A stretch of DNA of 64,000 nt from the NCBI GenBank assembly GCA_951406725.2, contig OX597832.1, positions 17,174,001 through 17,238,000 on the forward strand, given 5' to 3'. The translations under genes and the position numbers were made by a program. The stretch comes from Octopus vulgaris. Taxonomy: Eukaryota. The notes beneath the pieces are model-generated. The model did no database searches, was not told the origin of the DNA, and saw only the letters and a list, made by a program, of their open reading frames with translations. This document shows, piece after piece, positions 39,097-52,450 of this stretch (position 1 is the first letter of the stretch; the number at the start of each line of letters is the position of its first letter).

Positions 39097-39725
39097 TCAT
39101 CATCATCATCATCATCATCGTTTAATGTCTGCTTTCCATGCTAGCATGGGTTGGACGGACTGAGGTCTAGCGAACCAGATGGCTGCACCAGGCTCCAATC
39201 TGATCTGGCAGAGTTTCTACTGCTTGATGCCCTTCCTAACGCCAACCACTCCGAGAGTGTAGTGGGTGCTTTTACATGACACTGGCACGAGGGCCAATTA
39301 GGCAGTACTGGCAATGGCCACGCTCAAATGGTGCTTTTTATGTGCCACTTGCGCAGGAGCCAGTCCAGTGGCACTGGCAACGACCTCGATCAAATGTTTT
39401 TTTCACATGCCACCAGCACAAGTGCCAGTAAGGCGATGCAGGTAATGATCACATTCAAATGGTGCCTTTTATGTGCCACTGGCACGGAAGCCAGTTTGTT
39501 GCTCTGGCAACGATCACACTTGGATGGTACTCTTAGTGCTCCACTAGCATAGATGCCGGTCATCGAATTTGATTTTGATTTTGATTTCACTTGCTTCAAC
39601 AAGTCTTCGCAAGCAGAGTTTAGTGTCCAATGAAAGAAAGGTATGCATGAGTGGGCTGGTTACACCCCTAGCATAGGCTATGAGGTTATGGTCTCACTTG
39701 GCTTGCCGAATCTTCTCAAGCACAT
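39097..39725 (-). mobile_element. Longest copy of the RTE-associated 3' repeat: ORF end, 3' UTR with ~70-bp subrepeats, (GAT)n tail
   Basis: Minus strand begins VLEKIRQAK*; four to five subrepeats of GTGCTTTTAYRTGCCAC..GCAC..GCCAG..CTGGCAACGA (plus-strand reading); GGCGTTAGGAAGGGCATC block near the tail. Confidence 0.7.
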
Positions 39726-41084
39726 ACTCACCATTTTCTAACTGTGCCCTTTCTATGTCTCATCGGCTGAGACTTTGCTTATGTCTGCAATCCACTTTCT
39801 CACTTCAACCTACTTGATACAGGTTATTGTATTACTAAGCTACTATGATGATTGTTGTGGTTATTTCATCTCAAGTCAGCTTTGATCGAGCATTGTTATG
39901 CTCAGAGACATTCCTGCTATGACCACCTCATCTTGACTTGTCGTTGCTTTGGGCCTTCCACTCTTGGTAGTCATAGTGGTGCCACTGTGACTCAAAGCAT
40001 GGGCCTATCATAAACATTTCTTGTAGGCTTTGCAGAATCCACCCTGCTATCCAGATCTGATCATAGCTGATTTCTTGCAAGAGTGAGGCAGAGACAAAGA
40101 GAGAGAGAGAGAGAAAGAAAGAAACAGAAAGAAGCTGAGAGTGAAAGAGAATGGCAAACCTATTGCTCTTTTGTTTGCTTAGAAATGACGAAAGGATCAA
40201 AGGCAGATTTGATTTTGGTGGGTTTAGAACTCTGAACGCAGTTTTGGAATGACTAGCACAATGCAATTTATTAAGAGCTTTAATGAATCAGTTAATTTGG
40301 TGCTTTGCTCATCTCATCTATCTTTGTCAGAATCATAGAAATTTTGAATAAGAATATGTGGTTGTATTTAATAATGAGCTCAGATTCATTACAATTTGTT
40401 TGTAAAACTGCAAAAGAAACGACTGAATGAAGCAGAAAGTTGGGTAAAGAAAGACAGCAGTAAAAGCCAGAAGTGAATGCACAGGACATAGAATAGAACA
40501 GAGAAAGAGAGAAAAGTAAACTGCAAAAGAGTCATAAAGAGGGGGAGAGGATTTGTGGGGACATTAGAAGTAATTTTGGTGAATTTCAGCACAAGAATTT
40601 TTGAAACATGCAGTATCCTGATGGCTAGCAACCAACACAGTTTGTTAATTCCATGCTTTAATAATAATAATAATGAAATTATTGAATACAGTGCTCAGTT
40701 GCACGTATAAAGCATTTGCAGTAACGTACAAGTGTCTGGGAAGTGAACAGTGTACGAGTCAGATACATGCTTGCGTGTGTATGGAGGGGAGAAAATTAGG
40801 TGTAATGTTGGCGAATCTCAGGAAGCATGGAAGTTTTGAAGGATGCAGTGCTCCGACAACTAACAACTGATGCCGGCAGTTTGTTCCATACTTCAGCAAC
40901 TCTTAGTGTGAAAAAAATGTTTCCGAAAGTCCTGGGAGCTGTGCTGCTTTCTGACTTTGTAAATTTGTCCACGGGTCAATTCTGAGTATGAAAAAGTGTT
41001 TCAGAAAATCATAGAAGTGCCCTCTTGCTTTTTTTTTTTTCGTTTTTTTTTGTTTTGTGTTCTGGTTTATGAATTTTGTAACCC

Positions 41085-41305
41085 TTAATGTAGTTCTCAG
41101 GGAGATTCAGTGTAATGCAGCATGTGACAAGGTGAGCCCTTCAAACTGCCAGTACAACTCATTTTTGCCAGCTGAGTGGGCTGGAGTAACATGAAATAGA
41201 AAGTGCCTTGCTCAAGGATACAGTGTGCCACCGGAAACAAACTCACAACCTTATGATCATGGGCCAAATACCCTAACTTCTGAGCCACATGCCCTCTAAA
41301 TGCCC
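41085..41305 (-). mobile_element. Degenerate tRNA-SINE (fourth family)
   Basis: Minus strand: tRNA-like head, CCTTGAGCAAGGCAC, CCACTCAGCTGGCAAAAATGAGT; weaker copy ~36060-36195. Confidence 0.6.
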
Positions 41306-42009
41306 TGTTTCTCTCCGGTAACCAAAACCACAATATTACTTTCATGAGAACAAAACCCCCTAAATTCAGAGTTAAGTAAAATCACTGTCGTCCATACATA
41401 CAGGCTTGTCCTTCATAAGTGTCAGTGCCATGTAAAGGCACCTGTGCCAGTGGCACATACAAAGCACCCAAAACATTCTGTAAAGTGGTTGGCGTTAGGA
41501 TAGGCATGCAGCCATGGAGACCATGCCCACAACAGACAGTTGGAGTTTGGACAGCTACCCGGCTGGTGAGCTCCATGTCAAACCATCCAACCGATGCTAG
41601 CATGGAAAATGGATGTTAAATGATGGTGATGATGGTGATGAGGATGATGTGTTTGTGGTGAATATTTTGCTTTGGGTATCAATACTACCTCTTTCAATCT
41701 ATTTTTTATAAGCCCACTGGCCTTTTGCGACATGGTTACCTATTTTGACTCTATATTTTGACTCCCATGTTTAGCTAATCTTATTTAAGTATTTTTATCA
41801 TTGTTTAGCCTCAGGGTGGCCCTGACTGAACATGTCCCATAATCATAAACAATCCAACCATGACCATCCCATTGTATTCCTATGTGCGGTGATTGAACTT
41901 AGGAGCTCATTATGCAGTGTGTCCTTTTCTAATGATATTGGGATCTTATTTGAGGAATATTTGGTTGCTATGTTTTAAAACTAGTTTGTATGCGTCTTCT
42001 TGGTTTCTT

Positions 42010-42308
42010 AATGGTGATGATGACGATGATGATGATAGCAACAATGATGATGGCAATATCGATAATGAAAATGAGGAGGAGCATGGCAATAAGGATAATG
42101 ATGATAATAACAAGGTTGTTGTTGATGATGATGATGACGACGACAACGATAATAATGATGATGAAAGCAGTGATGGTGATGTTGATGATGATGGTGTTGA
42201 TGATGATGGTGATGGTGATATTGATGATGATGATGATGATGATGATATTGATAATGATGATGATGATGATGATGATATTGATGATGATGATGGTGTTGAT
42301 GATGATGT

Positions 42309-42345
<37 letters not shown>

Positions 42346-42379
42346 ATTGATAATGATGATCTTGATGATGATATAGTGG

Positions 42380-42419
<40 letters not shown>

Positions 42420-42710
42420 AGTGAAAATGACAGCATTGATAACGGCGAAGACAAAAGACAATGACACTGAATTAGTGTGGATGACGCAATCAGTGAAATG
42501 AAGAGGAGGAGGAGGAAGAAGAAGAGGGAAAGGAGTCGAGTGGTGGTGATGGTGGTGTCAGTGGTTTTGATGCTTGTTGTCATGATGATGATGATGATGA
42601 AAGATGATTATGATGATGACAATTGTGATGTTGATGATGATTATGATTATGATGATGATGATGATGATGGCAATTGTGATGATGATGATGATGAAAACGA
42701 TGATGACACA
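42010..42710. repeat. (GAT)n-dominated trinucleotide tract
   Basis: Direct inspection; source of poly-D/M/H/S ORFs. Confidence 0.95.
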
Positions 42711-43309
42711 GTTGTCTTTCAAGGTGTTCTTATTGGTTCATCCCATTACATGCCCCACGGATGACAACACTAATGTAGTAGTAATAGTAGTAGTGGTGGC
42801 GGTGGTGGTGGTGGTGGTGGTGGTAGTTGAGGAAAGTCATTCGGTTTTTATTTTGGTTTTTTTTTTACATATTTTGTTTGTGTGTTTGTTGTACTTTGCG
42901 TCTGTTTTTCTTGGTATTTCATCTCATTGTTGTCCTTTCTGCAGACTCACTGTTGACTGTTTTTTTGTTGTTGTTGTTGATGTTGTTCTAATCAGCTTGT
43001 TTCTGCACACACACACACACACACTTATACTAATCTATGTGTGTGTGTGTGTGTGTGTATGTATATATATATATAGATATATACATATATATATATAGGT
43101 TATGTACGGGAAGTGTTTACGTACTCATGTTCAGGTATGTGCATGTATACGTCTACCTAGACCGAGGTAAGATAGATGTGTGTATATGTGTATATATATA
43201 TGCATGTAAGTATATGAGTGTTGTGTGCATGCATGCATCTGAAGACGTCTGTCTGCAGAATCTTCTGTACATAATGCTCGTATGCTGTGGCAGTTGACAA
43301 TGGAATACC

Positions 43310-43775
43310 TTTCTTCTTCTTCTTCTTCTTCTTCTTCTTCTTCTTCTTCTTCTTCTTCTTCTTCTTCTTCTCCTCCTTCTTCTTTTTCTACTTCTCTTTC
43401 TCCTTCTTCTTTTTCTTCTTCTCCTTCTCCTCCTCCTCCTTCTTCCACTTCTCCTTCCACTTCTTCTTTTTCTTCTTCTCCTCCTCCTCCTTCTCCTCCT
43501 TCTTTTAATTCTTTTTCCCCCTTCTACTTCTTCTATTTCCTCCTCCTCCACTTCTTTTCTTCTTCGTCGTCGTCCTCCCCCTCCACTTCTTCCTCTCCCT
43601 CCTCTGCTTCTTCCTCCTCCCCCTCTTTGACTTCTCCTTCCTCTTCTTCCTCCACTTCTTCCAATTTTTCTTTTTTCACTTTTTTTCCTCTTCATCTTCC
43701 TCCCCCTCTGTTTCTTCCACCTCACCTGCCACTTATTTTCTTCTTCTTCTTCTTCTTCTTCTTCTTCTTCTTCCA
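43310..43775. repeat. (CTT/CCT)n polypyrimidine tract
   Basis: Direct inspection. Confidence 0.95.
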
Positions 43776-45863
43776 CGTCCCTCCAGTAGAGAGTGGGTGC
43801 CACTACATTAAATTGGGTGGCAAGCAAGGTAACGGTCGGGTGCAATACGGAGCTGGGGGAGGAGGTGGTGGCACAGCGAGATGAAAACGCTCCCGGGGTG
43901 GCGTTGGCGGGCAGCAAAGCTAGAAGGGGCGGGGGAGAGGCAGTGGTGGTGGTCGTGGAGGGGAGACACAATTTTTGTTTGTTTTCTTTTTGTTTGTTTG
44001 TTTATGTGTTTGTTTCCATTTAACGTCAGTCATTGCTACACATTGATTCTGTCGGTATTCCTTTTAATTTCCTGTCAACTCTCTGGTGACATCTCCACCT
44101 CCAGCACCATCCCCGCATCACACACCCTCTCACACATACTCATACACACACACATACACACACACACACACACATGCATTTGTGTAACACTATCGGAGTA
44201 GGTTTGTACGTATCTCCTTATGTGTGTATGTGTATGTATGTATACATGTATGTGGATGTACGTTTATTCCTGCTTATTTATATGTGGATATAAATGTATT
44301 TATGTAATTATGTATGTGTATATGTTATATGTATGTTTGTGTGTGTGCACACGTGTATAAATGTGCAAATATATATGTTGTATGCATGTGTATGTTTTCG
44401 CGTATGTCCTTGTATGTGTGTCTATGTGCATGTATATATGATTTTACAGTTTTCTACATTTGTGTTTTCGCATGAATATGTGTGTGTGTGTGTCTGTGTG
44501 TGTGCGTGCGAGTGAATTTGTACCCAGTCATCCATCATTTTATATCTCTTTTCTTATAAATACTTTCAAAGTCATAAACACACTCATACTTACACACACA
44601 CACCTTTATGTGTGTATGTGCATGTGTATCTGTGTATTTATATGTGCGTACATGTGTTTTATTATTATTATTATTGTGTGAGAGAGCAGCACACACCATC
44701 AATGTGAATGTGGGACACAAATATACAAAACCCAGTACACCCGTCACAACTACCTGTCTGACAAGGGTACACCAGGTACACACAGCACAACCATATGTGC
44801 ATGACATGGTGATCTAATATTGAGACAAACAGTGCATAACTTTGCGGGTGAGTCCCAGTTAGAATTTTCTTCAGGCTGAGAAGTCCATCTAGCTCAGAAG
44901 GCCACTGAATAAGGTTTATTTCAGGATGATGAATGAAACACCTATGTTTCCAGAGGTGAATAATTCAAACCCCAAAGAATTCATCTCAATACATGGCTAC
45001 GATGTTCCCCCACTACTTCTGCTCATGATCAGAGATGCCCATATCGTTAGCCACCAAGAGCCATGCTCAGTTGGTTAAGGTCAAGCAGCTGACAAGCAAA
45101 TCTGTGGAACTGAGCGGAATATTTGCTGTAGCCAAGACAAGTCATGTGCATGATAATACTTCCAGTCAGTAAAGACCAGAAGACACGAGAGCCACTGCTT
45201 GGTATTGCATCAGGGCATTTTGTGGTTGTTGTTATTGCTCTTGTCTTTGTTGCGGCTGCTGCTGTTGTTGTTGTTAAGCAACAAGATGGGTTAGGGTGAT
45301 TAGGTGATGGTTTAGGGCTTAGGGGCAGGAGACCCCAGACCTTGGAAAAAAAAAAAAACTTTGGTTGTCTTGTAGTCGAGGGCTCTTCGTTGACACCCGA
45401 CACCACTGGGAGGTGACCCTTGAAGTTGCTGGAAATGGAGATCTCCAGGTCCAAATTCTTGAACGGTTGTTGCTGCTGTTGTTCTTAAGGCAAGCTGGCA
45501 GAGTTGTTAGCACACTGGACTGGAATGCTTAGTGGCTATTTTGTTCATCTCTACATTCTAAATTCAAATTCTGCCATAGTTGACTTCACCTTTTATTCTT
45601 TTTTGAGGTCAAAGAAATAAATACTAGTTGAGCACTGGGGTCGATGAAATAATTTTGCAGCCTTCCCCCAAAACTTCAGGCCATGTGCCTAGAGAAGAAA
45701 GGATTATCATTCTTACCTCCACTTTAGTGAAGGCAGAGGTATTGTTTTCAGTTGTGTCTGTTTGGTTGTCCATGGACAAGATATCTCAAGAACCGCTGGA
45801 GGTCTTGGTATTGTCCCCCTCATTCTTTGCACTCGTGACGAATAAATGAAATCAGTATTATTA

Positions 45864-45897
<34 letters not shown>

Positions 45898-46742
45898 CAT
45901 CATATAAATATGATGAGCTTCTTTCAGTTTCCATTTACCAGATCCATTTATGTGCCTTTGATTGGCCTCAGGCTATAGTAAGGAGACATTTGCCCAAGGT
46001 TTCATATAGTCAGACTATCGAAGAACATCATAACAAAAAAGAACTTTCTTTTCTCAGTACAAGGCTGTCAGTTTTGAGGGAGAGCACAGAATCAAGGCCA
46101 TTGCCCACAGTGCTTGACAGCCAACTGCTTTAAATGAAACAAACTAGGTGAAGGCGAAAAAATTTTAAATACCATATTTAAATGCATATGACATATATTT
46201 TTAGAACAAAATCTCCTCAAAGAATCGCTTTTGATCCTGTAGGTAAAGTTAGGCCTGCCCTAAGCTAATTTTGTCCCTGACATTCACGTTTTCCTGAATA
46301 TGTGCTGCTCAAATTGGGGGTGTAGTTAATATGTCTGTTTAGAAGTATGGATATATTTATTTTCACTGGTATAGGCACAAGGCCTGAAACTTGGAGGAGG
46401 TGGGGTAGTTGATTTCAGCGACTTGTGTTGATTTTATCAAGTCAGAAAGGATAAAAAGTGAAGTTGACTTCAGTGGGATTTGAACTCAGAGCATAAAAAC
46501 AGACGAAATGCCACGTTAGTAATAATAATAATAATAATGGAGGAGGAGGATTTTAAATTTTGACACAAGGCCAGTTAGTTCGTGGGGTTGAGAAATGATC
46601 GATTACATGGGCCCATCGCCCTTGGAAGTATGAAAGGCAAAGTCGACCCCGGTTGAATTTGAACTCAGAACGTACAAACAGATGAAATGTGACCAAGCGT
46701 TCTGTCCGACGTGCTAGCGATTCCGCCAGCTTGCTTATTAAT

Positions 46743-47312
46743 TATTTCTTCATTGCCCACAGGGGGCAAAACATAGAGGGGACAAACAAGGACAGACAAA
46801 TGGATTAAGTCGATTACATCTACCCCAGTACGTAACTGATACTTATTTAATCGACCCCGAAAGGATGAAAGGCAAAGTCGACCTCGGCGGAATTTGAACT
46901 CAGAACGTAGCGGCAGACGAAATACCTATTTCTTTATTACCCACAAGGGGCTAAATACAGAGGGGACAAACAAGGACAGACATAAGTATTAAGTCGATTT
47001 TATCAACCCCGAAAGGTTGAAAGGCAAAGTCGACCTCGGCAGAATTTGAACTCAGAACGTAGCAACAGACGAAATATCTATTTCTTTATTACTCACAAGG
47101 GGCTAAACACAGAGGGGACAAACAAGGACAGACATAAGTATTAAGTCGATTTTTATGGACCCCAGTGCGTAACTGGTACTTTATTTATCGACCCCGAAAT
47201 GATGAAAGGCAAAGTCGACCTCGGCGGAATTTGAACTCAGTACGTAACGGCAGGCAAAATACTGTTACGCATTTCGCCCGACGTGCTAACCATTCTGCCA
47301 GCTCGCCGCCCT
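46743..47312 (-). mobile_element. SINE B trimer
   Basis: Head at ~47312, junctions at ~47078 and 46926; TSD AGCTTGCTTATTAAT on both sides. Confidence 0.9.
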
Positions 47313-47776
47313 CAGCTTGCTTATTAATGCCATCAAATACGGTTATTTTGAGGTTACAGATGTAAGGGGAACAACTCTTGACTGTCTTATTTTCCACAGC
47401 CGGGAAAGTAATATTTTTTATGAAGTAAAGTCAACAGAACAAAAAAAATAAAATCACACAAAATAAAATAAATATTGCAAAAATGTCTGTTCTGGAACTT
47501 GCTGCAAATTGTTTATGTAGACCAATCGTTTATTTCAATGTTTATGTTTTTCATAAGAAATTTCCTTTGATGATAACTGCCCTTGGTTTGTTTTTTTAAT
47601 TTAACCCTATTCATGACTGACTGTTTCTGAAACCGGCTTGGCTCTTATATTACTAAATCACTAATTTTGCTGTGTTTATATTTAATATTGGATATTTAAT
47701 ATTGGAAAGGTCACCTCCTTTACTAGACTTTTCCAAAATTTCTGATTATTTTTTAATTATTTGGGGGAAAAAAAAA

Positions 47777-48190
47777 GGCGCAGGAGTGGCTGTGTGGTAA
47801 GTAGCTTTTTTACCAACCACATAGTTCCGGGTTCAGTCCCACCACTGCGTGGCACCTTGGGCAAGTGTCTTCTACTATAGCCTCAGGCCGACCAAAGCCT
47901 TATGAGTGGATTTGGTAGACGGAAACTGAAAGAAGCCTGTCATATATATATATATATGCGTGTGTGTGTGTACGTGTATGTTTGTGTGTCTGTGTTTGTC
48001 CCCCTAGCATTGCTTGCCAACCGATGCTGGTGTGTTTATGTCCCCGTCACTTAGCGGTTCAGCAAAAGAGACTGATAGAATAAGTACTAAGCTTAAAAAG
48101 AATAAGCCGTGGGGTCGAGTTGCTTGATTAAAGGTGGTGCTCCAGCATCGCCACAGTCAAATGACTGAAACAAGTAAAAGAATAAAAGAG
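47777..48190 (+). mobile_element. SINE family A, full length
   Basis: GGCGCAGGAGTGGCTGTGTGGTAAG head to CAGTCAAATGACTGAAACAAGTAAAAGA tail. Confidence 0.92.
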
Positions 48191-48224
48191 AGAGAGTTTA
48201 TTACTCCCTGATTATAAATATATG

Positions 48225-48575
48225 AAGCCCAGTGTACTCATCATTGCAATCAAGATGTAGGACAAGATACTGCGATAGCCTGGGCTTCAGAGGTCCACAG
48301 CTTTTCAATATCCTCCCGAAGGACCTGAGAGACCTGCATGGAGTGGATGCAGATGTCTTTAAAATAAAGCTGGACCTCTTCCTGTCAGGTGTCCCAGATG
48401 AACCAACTTCACCGCAGGAGGTGCAGATGAGGGCAGCTGCATCGAACTCTCTCATGGACCAAATGTCAATCGCTAAAAAGCATTCGTGAAGTAAAATCAT
48501 GTAGCGACACCGGATGGTGGTGCCCCAGCATGGCCACAGCTCGTTGAGCTGAAACTAGATGAGATGAAATGAAAT
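48225..48575 (+). mobile_element. CR1/L2-group LINE 3' fragment, candidate partner of SINE A
   Basis: RTRYCDSLGFRGPQLFNILPKDLRDLHGVDADVFKIKLDLFLSGVPDEP...; 3' UTR homologous to the SINE A tail. Confidence 0.85.
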
Positions 48576-49130
48576 ATGCACGACAGAATTAAAGTGGTTA
48601 CAATGTGAGGGTACATATTTGTAATACTAGAATATGGATGTGTATATATATTCTTTTATTCTTTTACTTGTTTCGGTCGTTGGACTGCGGCCATGCTGGA
48701 GCAGTGCCTTAAAGGGTTTTCATCGAAGAATTCGACCCCAGGACTTATTGTTTGTAAACCTTGTACTTATTCTATTTTTCACTTTTGCTGAACTGGTAAG
48801 TTAGAGGGATGTAAACACCCCAACACCAGTTGTAAAGTGGTGATAGGGATATTCAAGAGGACCTCTAGGGATAATCAATGAACCCCTACCATCCATAATC
48901 ACCCTGAGTACCAGGGACAAGAGCCTAATGATGATGATGATGATGATGATATTTATGCATTCACATTTTGGCTCAAGGCCATCAACTTTGGGGTTGTGGC
49001 CAAGTCAATTACATCAACTCTAGTCCTCAACTGGTATTTATTTTATTGACCCCAAAAGGATGAAAAGCAAAGTCAACCTCGCTGCTAAGCATTTTGCTCA
49101 TCATGCAAACAATTTTGCCTGCTTACTGCC

Positions 49131-49184
<54 letters not shown>

Positions 49185-49188
<4 letters not shown>

Positions 49189-49360
49189 CAGGCTTATCAT
49201 CCCTACAGGAAGTGCAAAAATCGTGTTAACTGGAACGGCTCATGTACTAAGAAGAGCCTTATCGCTGTGAAAGCAACATCCATTCATGAATTTATTTATT
49301 TATTAATTTTTTAGATAAATTTCACCTGTGAATTTGCCCGTGTAATCTGGGAATGCATAC
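49185..49360 (+). mobile_element. R4/Dong-like non-LTR element 3' end in (TAA)n
   Basis: IPGLSSLQEVQK/IVLTGTAHVLRRALSL* (one frameshift) resembles the QK...LGTA.ILR C-terminus of R4-clade elements; (TAA)n on both sides. Confidence 0.65.
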
Positions 49361-49384
49361 AATAATAATAATAATAATAATAAT

Positions 49385-49977
49385 GTATCCTGATGCAGTA
49401 CCAGGCAGTGGTTCCATGCCCTGATGCAGTACCAGGTAGTGGCTCTCATGGCTGCTGATCTTAACTGATTGGAAGTGTTATCATGTACATTGTTTTGTCT
49501 TGGTATAAAAGATGGGCTACAGCAAATAATCTGCTCAATACCACAGATTTGCTTGTCATTTGTTTGACCTCAACCAGTTGACTATGTCCTGCCCCTTAAT
49601 GGCTGAATATATGTGCATCTCTGATCATGAGCAGAAGTTGTGGGAGAGCATCATAGCCGTGTATTGAACGGAATTCTTGGAGGTTTGGATAATTCACCTT
49701 TCGAAACATGGGTGTTTCGTTCAACATCCTTAAACAACCCTTATTCAGGGACCTTTTGAGCAGGATGAGCTATTCGACCGGAAGAAAATTCTAACTGGGC
49801 CCCACCTGCAAGGTCATGTGCTGTTTATCTTGATATGAGATCATCATGTCACGGACATGTGGTTGCGATGCATGTGCCTGGTGTACCCTTATCAGACGGC
49901 TAGTCATGATGGGTATACTGGGCTTCGTATATTTTACCCCAGTGTCACTTTGATGGCATGCACTGCTCTCTCACTCA
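49385..49977. mobile_element. Unclassified ~590-bp interspersed repeat flanked by (TAA)n
   Basis: Inverted homolog at ~44677-45220 and a short piece at ~35722-35790; all abut (TAA/TTA)n at the same end. Confidence 0.75.
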
Positions 49978-50477
49978 ATAATAATAATAATAATAATAAT
50001 AACTTTAATAGTTGATGTTGCATGCCCTTTTGACCTACGAATAAGCAAGTAGGAAAACGAAAAAATAGATAAATACAATGTGTGAGTGTGTGTGTGTGTG
50101 TGATTCATATATGGATTTGGATAAATACAAAATAGCCCAGTTATGGAGAACGAAGAAGATGAAGATAGTGCCAATTATTGTTGGGTCCTTGGGAGCAGTA
50201 TCAGAAGGTATCAAGAGGAATATAAGGGTTATTGGACTAGCGTAACCAGCAGAACTGTTACAAAAGGTTTGCTGCCTTGCACGGCCAGAATAGTCAGGTA
50301 AGTATTAGATAGTGGAACGGATAGCATGGTACACTAGGCTGCAGGTAGTAAGCCCACTACGCATGCAAGACTCCAAGATCTCCAACAAAACCTGTCATAA
50401 AGGGAAAATAATAATAATAATAATTTCTTGTCTTTGGGTTTCTTTTATATCTGTTGTTATATTTTCTGTCTTTGCAG

Positions 50478-50682
50478 TTCTTATGGAGAATCAATCTTCT
50501 TGGCAGTGCAGACACTTATTGTTGGGATGCTGGTGCTAAGTTACCAGCAGAAGAGCTTACACGTGTTGCTGTACCTAGGGACCTACTGCACTATAATGAG
50601 TGTATTGCTCTCGTCAATGATGCCATATGCGTTTCTGAAATTCTTGCAGACGTCCATTATTCCTGTCATCACATTCAGCAAG
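50478..50682 (+). CDS. MPDU1: MPDU1 coding exon 4 ((S)SYGESIFLAVQTLIVGMLVLSYQQK...LQTSIIPVITFSK)
   Basis: TTTGCAG acceptor, 205 nt, AAG|GTAAGC donor; lies in ORF 50428..50823; continues FPFSS(Y/W)GE..FL..QT. Confidence 0.95.
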
Positions 50683-50998
50683 GTAAGCATAACATACATG
50701 TATGTGCATTTGAGTGTGTGCATGTGTGCGTGTGCATGTGTGTGTGTGTGTGTGTGTGTAATTCATATATGGTTTTGGATGTGGGTATGGGTTTATGTGG
50801 ATGCAAGATGGATGAATGGATAAGAAGTTCACTTAACAACGATGAGATCTCGGGTTCAATTCTGTTGAGAGACATCTTGGGCTGGTGTTATTTACCATTG
50901 CTTTGAGTGGAATCAAGCCTTCCAGGTGAAACTGAACCAACAGAAACGATGTGACTACCATTGGATTACATTAAAGATACCTTCTCCTCGCTCATCTG

Positions 50999-51165
50999 CA
51001 GGGCTGGCCCGAGGGTTGCTTGCATCCCGGGCAAGCTGAACTTCAGTGTGTATGAGCTGACAGTTGTGGAAATTTCCTTGTCTTTGTCACGCCCTCCTTG
51101 GCACCCTTCTAACACAAGGCACCCTGGGTGACTACCCAAGTTGCCGGTGCCTTGAGCCGGCCCTG
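50999..51165. mobile_element. hAT-type MITE
   Basis: TIR CAGGGCTGGCCCGAGG / CCTTGAGCCGGCCCTG; 8-bp TSD CTCATCTG / CTCATCAG. Confidence 0.8.
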
Positions 51166-51589
51166 CTCATCAGCCATCCTCCCTTGGTGGAGTATTCAAA
51201 TTGAATTCAATTTGAAAACTCCACCAGAATGGACGAAAGTGCTAATATATGATATATGATGTATAAAAACATGTAATATATACACTCACGGAGTGGTTGG
51301 CGTTAGGAAGGGCATCCAGCTGTAGAAACATTGCCAGTTTAGACTGGAGCCTGGTGCAGCCTTCTGGCTTCCCAGAACCCCGGTCGAACCGTCCAACCCA
51401 TGCTAGCATGGAGAACGGACGTTAAACGACGATGATGATGATGATGATATAAATAAATATCTGTAAATATAAAACCATCTGAATTTCTGAGTACCTCATT
51501 TCTTCTAATATACATATACATATATATATATACACATATATAACACACACTCGCACCTTCATATATATAATATATTTATGATAGGTGTC

Positions 51590-52450
51590 CATATTATTGT
51601 TGTTATTATTTGAGATATTGATTATCATGGTGGTGGATGTGATGGTACATATGGTATTACCATTGTTGTTGTTTGTGATGATGATGAGGACGATGATGAT
51701 GATGGTTGTTTTTGTATTATTGATGGCATTACCACTGGTGTTATTGTTGCTGATGATGGTGGTGGTGGTGGTGTGTGATGGATATTCTTTGAAGTGTTGG
51801 TAATGATGATGTTGATGATGATGATGAGGAGGAGGGGGAGGAAGAGGAGGATTTGCAGCAGCACTGTTGGTGGTTGTGATAGTGTGGGTATTACTGCTGT
51901 TGTTGTCTGAGTTTGTGGTGGTTTTGTAATGACGACAATGATGACTTGTAGTATAGGTAGAGATAGTGGAGATGGAGATGGTGGTGTTAGAGGTGGTGAT
52001 GGTGAGGATGTTGGCGTCAGCGATGGTGAAGGTGGTGGGTAGTGGTGGTGGTGATGTTGTTGTTGGTGGTGGTGATGTTATTGGTGGTGGTGGTATTGTT
52101 GGTAGTGGTGGTGGTATTGGTGGTGGTGTTGGTGGTGGGTAGTGGTGGTGATGTTGCTAGCACTGGTGGTTGTGGTGGTGGTATTGTTCGTGTGGTGGTG
52201 ATGTTGTTGTTGTTGTTGGTGGTGGTGGTGATGTTGCTAGCACTGGTGGTTGTGGTGGTGGTATTGTTGGTGGTGTTGGTGGTGGTGGTGATCTTGCTAG
52301 CATTGGTGGTGGTGTTGGTCGTGTTAGTGATATTTTTAACGGCGATGATAGTGGTGGTGATGATGATGGTGGTAGTGTTGGTAGTCATGATGGCGGCGGT
52401 GATGGTGTGGGGATGGTGGTGGTTGTGGTGGTGGTGGTGGTCGCCGTAGT
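51590..52450. repeat. (GGT/GAT/GTT)n low-complexity tract with an internal duplication
   Basis: Direct inspection; GTGATGTTGCTAGCACTGGTGGTTGTGG repeated at ~52148 and ~52228. Confidence 0.92.

Noticed and set aside
41893-43971. Long ORFs (up to 272 aa) rich in D, M, H, S, R, E
   Set aside because: Translations of (GAT)n and (CTT)n tracts, open in several frames on both strands, with no splice or domain support.
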